Shown piece by piece: positions 22,313 to 28,019 of a stretch of 32,000 bases of DNA. Source of the DNA: Kineococcus radiotolerans SRS30216 = ATCC BAA-149 (GTDB lineage: Bacteria; Actinomycetota; Actinomycetes; Actinomycetales; Kineococcaceae). Each line of letters opens with the position of its first letter. Position 1 is the stretch's first letter. The stretch is from assembly GCF_000017305.1 (NCBI RefSeq), contig NC_009664.2:930001-962000 (forward strand), read 5' to 3'. The position numbers were made by a program, and so were the translations under genes. The notes beneath the pieces were generated by a model, which had not been told where the DNA came from, searched no databases, and was given only the letters and a program-made list of their open reading frames with translations.

Positions 22313-22493
22313 TGGCGGCTCCTGGGTTGAACCGACGACGCCACGGGGCGCGCCTGCTGTGCTGCGGTCTCGGGCGGGTACATGGTTGGCGGTGGGTCGG
22401 GCCCGGTCAACTCCAGCCGACCGGGGACGACCAGCTTTCACCAGATCGAGACCTCGCACGGACCCGGGGTCGCGCGGGACCTGCGGAGGAAGA

Positions 22494-23987
22494 GTGCAGC
22501 ACGAGGACGCCCCGGGCGCGACTCGCGGGGTGCGGGTCGAGGGTCGCGGCCTCGGGCTGGACGACCTCACCGACCTCGCCCTGGGCCGCGCGCACGCGGT
22601 CGTCGACCGCGACGTGCTGGGCCGTCTCGGCGTGCTGCACGAGGCGATGGGCGCCGCCCGCGAGCGCGGCGCGGTCTACGGCGCGACGACCGGGGTGGGC
22701 GCCAACAAGGACGTCGAGGTCGACGACGAGCAGCACGAGCACCCGCAGGCCCACGGGCTGCGGCTGCTGCGCAGCCACGCGGCGTCGCTGGGCCCGGTGG
22801 AGGACGAGGCGACGACCCGCGCGGCGCTGGTGGTGCGGCTGAACCAGCTGCTGGCCGGCGCGCACGCGGGCCTGGGGGCGGGGATCAGCCCGCCGGTCCT
22901 GCGCGCCCTGGCCGAGGCGGTGGAGTCCGGGGCGCTGCCGACGCTGCACCGCTTCGGCGGCATCGGGACCTCGGACCTGGCGCCGCTGGCGGAGCTGGGG
23001 CTGACCCTCGTCGGGGAGCGGCCGTGGCGGCGCGGGGCGGTGGCGCCCGTGCCGCTGGGCGCCGCCGACGCGCTGCCGCTCATCAGCTCCCACGCCCTGA
23101 CGCTGGCGACGGCGTCGCTGGCCCTGTGCCGGTTGCGGCAGCTGCTGCTGGCGGGGACGGGGATCTCGGCGCTGTCGTTCCTGGCGCTGCGCGGCAACCC
23201 GCAGGCGTGGGCGCCGCCCGTGCACGCCGCCCGCGCCCACCCCGCCCAGACCGGGCTGGCCGCGACGCTGCACGCGCTGGTGGCCGGCGGCCCGGAACCC
23301 GCGCGGTTGCAGGACCCGTTCGCGCTGCGGACCGCGCCGCAGGTGCTGGCCCCCGCCTTCACCGCGGCGCAGGCCCTGGAGGACGTGCTGGCGCTGGAGG
23401 CCTCGACGCCCGGGGAGAACCCGCTGGTCTCCCCCGAGGGGGTCTTCCACCACGGCCAGTTCCACGCCGCGTCCCTGGCCACCGCCCTGGACACGTTGCG
23501 GGCGACCACCTTCGGGGTGCTGACGCTGTCCGCGGCCCGCCTCGCGCTGCTGCTGCGCCCGGAGCACACCGGGTTGCGGGCGTTCCTGGCCGCCGGTCCG
23601 CGCGGGAGCTCGGGCCTGATGATCGGCGAGTACGTCGTGCAGGACGTGCTGGCCGAGCTGCGCCCGGCGACGGCCCCCTCCACGTCGGGGACGGTCAGCA
23701 TCTCCCTCGGCCTGGAGGAGCACGCGAGCTTCGCGACCCAGGGGGCGCGCGCGCTGCGCCAGACCGCGGAGCTGGCGCCGGTGGTGCTGGCCGTCGAGGC
23801 GCTGGCCGCGGTGCGCGCGCTGCGGGCCGCGCCGGACCGGATGTCGCCCGGGGCGGCGGCGCTGTTCGCGGTCTTCGACGAGGTGCTCGGCCGCGACTCC
23901 CGCGACGCGCCCATCGGCCCGGACGTGGAGGCGGTGGTGGCGCGGGTGGTGGACCTGTCGCTGTTGGTGCGGGTCCCGCCGGTCTGA
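22494..23987 (+). CDS. histidine/aromatic amino-acid ammonia-lyase family protein, paralogue 1, lacking the canonical MIO-forming Ala-Ser-Gly triad
   Basis: Family motifs are present: AVYGATTGVG (Tyr loop), LLRSHAAS, GGIGTSDLAPLAELGL, LQDPFALRTAPQV, GENPLV...HHGQFHA, and GLEEHASF. Where the family has GASGDLAPL, this protein has GTSDLAPL (Gly-Thr-Ser, 22965-22973). The start is GTG 22494, preceded by GGAGGAAGA. The upstream part of track ORF 22080.. is antisense to the ATPase gene. Confidence 0.8.
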   Translation: MQHEDAPGATRGVRVEGRGLGLDDLTDLALGRAHAVVDRDVLGRLGVLHEAMGAARERGAVYGATTGVGANKDVEVDDEQHEHPQAHGLRLLRSHAASLGPVEDEATTRAALVVRLNQLLAGAHAGLGAGISPPVLRALAEAVESGALPTLHRFGGIGTSDLAPLAELGLTLVGERPWRRGAVAPVPLGAADALPLISSHALTLATASLALCRLRQLLLAGTGISALSFLALRGNPQAWAPPVHAARAHPAQTGLAATLHALVAGGPEPARLQDPFALRTAPQVLAPAFTAAQALEDVLALEASTPGENPLVSPEGVFHHGQFHAASLATALDTLRATTFGVLTLSAARLALLLRPEHTGLRAFLAAGPRGSSGLMIGEYVVQDVLAELRPATAPSTSGTVSISLGLEEHASFATQGARALRQTAELAPVVLAVEALAAVRALRAAPDRMSPGAAALFAVFDEVLGRDSRDAPIGPDVEAVVARVVDLSLLVRVPPV

Positions 23988-24002
23988 GGGCCGCGGGGCG
24001 GG

Positions 24003-24563
24003 TCAGTCCAGGGGGCGCAGCTCGTCGGCGTAGCTGACCGACATCCGGCGCATCACCCCGGAGGGGCTGATCGAGTACTGGCCCATCCGCCACAGCGGCG
24101 GGGAGTAGGCGTGGATGGACACCGAGCCGTCGACGGCTCCGGACATCCGGTGGATGTGGTCGGGGCCGAAGGCGAAGGACCGCCCGGCGGCGACGGTGCG
24201 GACGGCGGGTTCCCCGCCCATGCGGGGGTTGGCCTCGACGACGGCGCCGCGGGTGACGGCGACCGCGCCGGAGGAGGTGTCGTGGTCGTGCCAGCCGGTG
24301 TCGTCGTCGGTGTTCCAGCACAGCAGCCACACGTCGAGGTCGCCGTCGCGGTGCAGGGAGGCGTAGTGGCGTCCCCCGGTGTCGTGGCGGACGAGGTGCT
24401 CCCACGCCCCGGGCCGGCGGGCGGCCTCGTCGACCCAGTCCTTCAGCTCGCGCGGGGTGAGGGTGCGCCCGGGCGCGGGGGGCAGCCCGGCGGGCGGGCC
24501 GGCCGGGGCGCCGGGGGCGCCGGGCGCTCCGAGAGCTCCGGGGGCGTCGGGGGCGAGGGTCAT
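24003..24563 (-). CDS. cysteine dioxygenase type I-like cupin (thiol dioxygenase family)
   Basis: 186 aa. The cupin metal-ligand pattern TGWHDHDTSSGAVAVTRG ... GPDHIHRMSG ... SIHAYSPPL resembles bacterial CDO/MDO homologues. The N-terminal roughly 30 aa are Pro/Gly/Ala-rich. ATGA overlap with the upstream amidohydrolase gene. Confidence 0.75.
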   Translation of the reverse strand: MTLAPDAPGALGAPGAPGAPAGPPAGLPPAPGRTLTPRELKDWVDEAARRPGAWEHLVRHDTGGRHYASLHRDGDLDVWLLCWNTDDDTGWHDHDTSSGAVAVTRGAVVEANPRMGGEPAVRTVAAGRSFAFGPDHIHRMSGAVDGSVSIHAYSPPLWRMGQYSISPSGVMRRMSVSYADELRPLD

Positions 24564-25471
24564 CGGGGGCTCCCGTCGAGGAGGTGGGCGGGGTTGGTGG
24601 TGGTGAGGGCGTGCGCGAAGGCCGCCCCGAAGCCGGGGAGGTCCGCGGCCTCGAAGGGCTGGGCGTAGGGCCGGTCGGTGCCCAGCACGAGGGGGTCGAC
24701 GCCGACGACGCGGACGAGGGCGTCGATCGCGCGGGGCCCGTAGGAGCTGCTCTCGTAGTGCACCAGCGGGTCCAGGGGGCCCAGGGCGCCGCCGCGGGCG
24801 GCGAGGCGCTCGTGGTGCAGCGGCGCCAGCCCCGCCAGGGCGACGAAGGCGGTGCGCAGCCGGGGGTGCCGGGCGCGGCCGGCCACGTGCCAGGCCAGCC
24901 AGGCGGCGTGCAGCTGCTGGACGTAGGGCACCAGCGCGGGCCACCAGGGCGGCAGGGCGGCGTGGTCGCCCGCGGGCGCGGGCCCGGGGTGGACGAGGAC
25001 GGGCTTGTCGGCGAGCTCGCACTCGGCCAGCAGCGGGGCGAGGCGCTCCACGGCGCGGGGGTCGGCGAGGGCGGTGGCCGGCAACTGCAGACCGACGACG
25101 CGCTCGTGGCGCAGCGTCTTCGCGAGCGCGCCGGGGTCGAGGTCGGTGACCCCGGCGGCGGCCCAGACCCGGAAGGGCTCGGGCAGCTCGACGGCGCCCT
25201 CGTGCCAGGCGTCCAGCAGCGGCTGCGCCTCCTCGCCCGGCAGGTGCTCCAGCCCCAGCGGGGAGGACAGCGAGACCAGGGCCCGGCCGGTGCCGTCGGC
25301 GGCCTCGGCGGCGGCCCGGGCGGCGACGTCGTGGGCGGCGGGGTCGAGGGCGCAGGGCGGCTCGCCCGGCAGGTGCAGGGTCCAGCCGTCCAGGCGCGGC
25401 GGGGTGCGCCGCGCGCGCAGGGCCGCCAACAGGGACGGCGGCCACAGGTGCTGGTGGCAGTCGGTGCGCAC
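24560..25471 (-). CDS. Amidohydro_2 (ACMSD/LigI-type) metal-dependent hydrolase/decarboxylase family protein
   Basis: N-terminal HxH motif (VRTDCHQHLWPP), a late Asp motif (LVLGTDRPY), and about 300 aa in length. I prefer the GTG at 25471 as the start, preceded by GGAGGGGAGGGGG. The track start at 25534 lies inside an operator palindrome. Confidence 0.75.
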   Translation of the reverse strand: MRTDCHQHLWPPSLLAALRARRTPPRLDGWTLHLPGEPPCALDPAAHDVAARAAAEAADGTGRALVSLSSPLGLEHLPGEEAQPLLDAWHEGAVELPEPFRVWAAAGVTDLDPGALAKTLRHERVVGLQLPATALADPRAVERLAPLLAECELADKPVLVHPGPAPAGDHAALPPWWPALVPYVQQLHAAWLAWHVAGRARHPRLRTAFVALAGLAPLHHERLAARGGALGPLDPLVHYESSSYGPRAIDALVRVVGVDPLVLGTDRPYAQPFEAADLPGFGAAFAHALTTTNPAHLLDGSPR

Positions 25472-25495
25472 GGCGTCCCCCTCCCCTCCGGCTCT

Positions 25496-25509
25496 GTGAA
25501 GCGCTTCAC
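25496..25509. promoter_or_regulatory. LacI-family operator candidate O1: perfect 14-bp palindrome GTGAAGCGCTTCAC
   Basis: Perfect dyad with a central CG, matching the LacI/GalR-type operator architecture (TGnAAnCGnTTnCA). It lies 25 nt upstream of the amidohydrolase start and in the divergent intergenic region shared with the LacI gene. Confidence 0.65.
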
Positions 25510-25520
25510 TCCTCCGTCGA

Positions 25521-25534
25521 GTGAAGCGCTTCAC
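25521..25534. promoter_or_regulatory. LacI-family operator candidate O2: second identical 14-bp palindrome GTGAAGCGCTTCAC
   Basis: Identical copy, 25 bp centre-to-centre from O1. With flanking bases, the two form 16-bp perfect inverted arms (TGTGAAGCGCTTCACT / AGTGAAGCGCTTCACA) separated by 9 bp. Confidence 0.65.
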
Positions 25535-25592
25535 AGGGAGGTCGTCAAGTCGGGCCGCCCGGCGCGCGGCGGCCCGGGGTTACGCTGCGGCC

Positions 25593-26594
25593 GTGCCGAA
25601 CCGAGCGCGCCGCACGCTGCAGGACGTCGCCGACGCCGCCGGGCTCTCGCTGGCCGCGACCTCCTACGCCCTGCGCGGGGCCCGCGGGTCGGCCGCCACC
25701 ATCGAGCGCGTGCAGGCCCTCGCCCTCGAGCTCGGCTACCGGGTCGACCCCATCGCGCGCGCCCTGGCCAGCGGGCGGACCGGGACGGTGGGCATCAGCG
25801 GGTCGCTGCGCGACCTCTGGCAGCAGGACCTCTCGGTGATGCTGACCCGGGCCCTGCGCGCCGCCGACCGCGACGCCACCATCGCCGACGCCGACGCCGA
25901 CCCCGCCGTGGAGCGCCGCGTCGTGGAGCGCTTCGCCGAGCAGCGCGTCGACGGCGTCCTCGTCTCCCCCGTCGACCCCTCCGCCGACTACTGGTCCGCG
26001 CTCCCGCCCTCCACCGCGGTCGTCTCCATCGGCGACGCGCTGCCCGGCCGCCCCGGCAGCGGCGCGGTCCTCTTCGACAACCGTCACGGCGTGACGACGG
26101 CCCTGCGGCACCTGCGCGACCTCGGCCACCGGCGCGTCGCGCTGCTCACCACCTCCCTGCCCACGACCCCGGGCCGGCCCGCGGAGCTGCACGCCGTGGA
26201 GGCCGCGAAGCGCCTGGGGCTGGACCTGCTCGTCGTCCCGGCCACCGCCGCGCGGGCCGCCGCGGCCGCCGCCGGGCCCCTCACCGCCCCCGACCGGCCC
26301 ACCGCGGTGCTGTGCCTGTCCGACTCCCTCGCCTTCGGCGTCTACCGCGCGGCGGCCGACCTCGGGCTGCGGATCCCCGGGGACCTGTCCGTGGTCGGCT
26401 TCGACGACCACCAGCTGGCCGCCCTCGTCGCCCCCGGGCTCACCACCGCGGCCTGGGACGAGGACGCCGTCGTCGAGGCCGCCGTCGCGCAGCTGCTGGC
26501 CCTGGAGGGCGGTGGGGAGGTCCCCGCTCCGGTCACCTTCCGGCCCGAGCTCGTGGTGCGCTCCTCCACCGGCCCCCCGGCCGGCGCGGACTAG
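25593..26594 (+). CDS. LacI family transcriptional regulator
   Basis: N-terminal HTH TLQDVADAAGLSLAATSYALRG...IERVQALALELGYRVDPIARALASGRTGTVGI, followed by a periplasmic-binding-protein-like effector domain (...VDGVLVSP...LSVVGFDD...). The GTG at 25593 lies 7 nt after a TACGCT -10-like hexamer, so the transcript may be leaderless. The track start at 25521 is inside operator O2. Confidence 0.85.
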   Translation: MPNRARRTLQDVADAAGLSLAATSYALRGARGSAATIERVQALALELGYRVDPIARALASGRTGTVGISGSLRDLWQQDLSVMLTRALRAADRDATIADADADPAVERRVVERFAEQRVDGVLVSPVDPSADYWSALPPSTAVVSIGDALPGRPGSGAVLFDNRHGVTTALRHLRDLGHRRVALLTTSLPTTPGRPAELHAVEAAKRLGLDLLVVPATAARAAAAAAGPLTAPDRPTAVLCLSDSLAFGVYRAAADLGLRIPGDLSVVGFDDHQLAALVAPGLTTAAWDEDAVVEAAVAQLLALEGGGEVPAPVTFRPELVVRSSTGPPAGAD

Positions 26595-28018
26595 GCGCCC
26601 GCACCGCCCCAGCCCGCCTCCAGCAGGGCGCCGAGGCGGCCCAGGTCGCGGCCGTAGGGCCGGTCCGCGACGTCCTCGCCGAGCTCGGCGCCCACCGCGT
26701 CGAGCAGCGCGCCCAGCTCCGCCGACACCCCCGCCAGGCCCCCGCGCAGCAGCCGGGCGCGGTGCACGGCCAGCAGCTCCACGGCCACGACCTCGCGCAG
26801 GCCCGCGAGCACCTCGGCGAGGCCCTCGGCGGACTCCAGGGCGAAGCTCTGCACGTCCTCCTGCCCCAGCGAGGTCTCCACCGCCCCCAGCCCCGCCGGC
26901 AGCGCGAACCGCCGCAGCCGGTGCACGACCCCCACCGCGCGCTTGTGGACGGCGACCAGCCCCGCCTGCACCCCGGGCTCGGGCGAGAGCTGCGGGGGCA
27001 GCCCCGTCCGGGCGGGGTCGAGCATCCGGTGGGTGCGGGCCGCGCCGGTCTCGGCGAGGTGGACCAGCGCCGCGGCCAGGGCGTCGGAGTCGGCGCCGAG
27101 GTCGGTCCCGGCGAAGCCCGCGGTGCCGCCGAACCGCCCGTCGAGGAACGCGGGGGAATCGGTCACCCCCTCCAGCGCCCGGTCCGCCGCCGCCGCGAGC
27201 GCGTGGACGCGGCGGTGCACCAGCGCGCAGGCGGCGGCGCCGACCCGCACCGACACCGGGGCCTGCAGGCCGTGGACCTCCCCGCCCGGCCGCCGCTCGC
27301 GCAGCCGCGCCAGGACCGCGGCCAGGACGTCGTCGCCGCGGGCCGCCCCGGCCCGCACCGGGTCGCGGCTGGCCCGCAGGACCTCCCCGGAGGCGGCCAG
27401 CACGAGCTCGGCCTGCGCGAGCAGGAGGTCCGCCGCGGCGACGTGCAGCGTCGCCAGGGCGGTCGCGACGGGAACCCCCTCCAGGAACGCGACCCCCTCC
27501 TTGGGGCCGAACGGGAACTCCGGCAGGGCCCGCCCGTCGAGGGTCCCCGACCCGCCCAGGACCACGGCGCCCACGTGGGCGAGGGGGATGATCTCCCCCG
27601 CCGCCCCGTTGCCGCGCCGGGGGACCTGCGGGTGCACGCGGGCGTTCAGCAGTTCCACGAGCCGTTCGCACAGCTGCGGGGAGACGCCCGCCTCCGGGTG
27701 CAGGTACGTCCGCAGCCGCACGGCCAGGACGGCACGGACCTCCCGCTCGGACAACCACGGGGCCGACCCCACGGCCCGGCCGACGACCAGGTTCGCCTGG
27801 TGCCGGGCCCGGGCGGCGTCGTCGAGGTCGACCCCGGCCATCGCCCCCATCCCGGTGCTCACGCCGTAGACCGGGCCGGAACCCTCCAGCGCGGTCAGGA
27901 CCGCCGCCCGGGAACCGGCCAGCCGCCGCCGCAACCCCGCCGACAGCTCGACGCGCTCGCCGGCGGCGACCCGCAGGACGGCCGCCCGGTCCAGGTCGGG
28001 ACCGCGGTGCAGCAGCAC
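26591..28018 (-). CDS. histidine/aromatic amino-acid ammonia-lyase family protein, paralogue 2, lacking the canonical MIO triad (Ala-Ala-Gly)
   Basis: Family pattern: PVYGVSTGMG (Tyr loop), RRGNGAAGEIIPLAHVG (in place of KGSVGASGDLAPLAH), LQAPVSVRV, and GQEDVQSF. The GTG start lies 1 nt after the stop of the upstream serine hydrolase (TGAGGTG). Its stop overlaps the lacI-family stop (CTAG). Confidence 0.8.
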   Translation of the reverse strand: MLLHRGPDLDRAAVLRVAAGERVELSAGLRRRLAGSRAAVLTALEGSGPVYGVSTGMGAMAGVDLDDAARARHQANLVVGRAVGSAPWLSEREVRAVLAVRLRTYLHPEAGVSPQLCERLVELLNARVHPQVPRRGNGAAGEIIPLAHVGAVVLGGSGTLDGRALPEFPFGPKEGVAFLEGVPVATALATLHVAAADLLLAQAELVLAASGEVLRASRDPVRAGAARGDDVLAAVLARLRERRPGGEVHGLQAPVSVRVGAAACALVHRRVHALAAAADRALEGVTDSPAFLDGRFGGTAGFAGTDLGADSDALAAALVHLAETGAARTHRMLDPARTGLPPQLSPEPGVQAGLVAVHKRAVGVVHRLRRFALPAGLGAVETSLGQEDVQSFALESAEGLAEVLAGLREVVAVELLAVHRARLLRGGLAGVSAELGALLDAVGAELGEDVADRPYGRDLGRLGALLEAGWGGAGA

Positions 28019-28019
28019 C

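Noticed and set aside
22080-22493. N-terminal 138 codons of track ORF 22080..23987, and the N-terminal 86 codons of ORF 21332..22570
   Set aside because: Each extension runs antisense through the neighbouring gene or the promoter region and is low-complexity. Internal GTG starts with good Shine-Dalgarno sequences (22494 and 22312) yield proteins of normal family length.
22313-22493. Additional copies of the GTGAAGCGCTTCAC operator upstream of HAL-like-1, the betaine importer, or the serine hydrolase (29409-29610)
   Set aside because: Visual scanning found no copy or close variant there. A mismatch-tolerant computational scan is still needed before excluding degenerate sites.
25495-25535. Three track ORFs on both strands all begin with the peptide MKRFT (starts at 25509, 25534 and 25521)
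   Set aside because: This is an artefact of the palindrome GTGAAGCGCTTCAC, which reads GTG-AAG-CGC-TTC-AC on either strand. These are operator sites, not real N-termini. Family-consistent starts lie further in (25471 and 25593).
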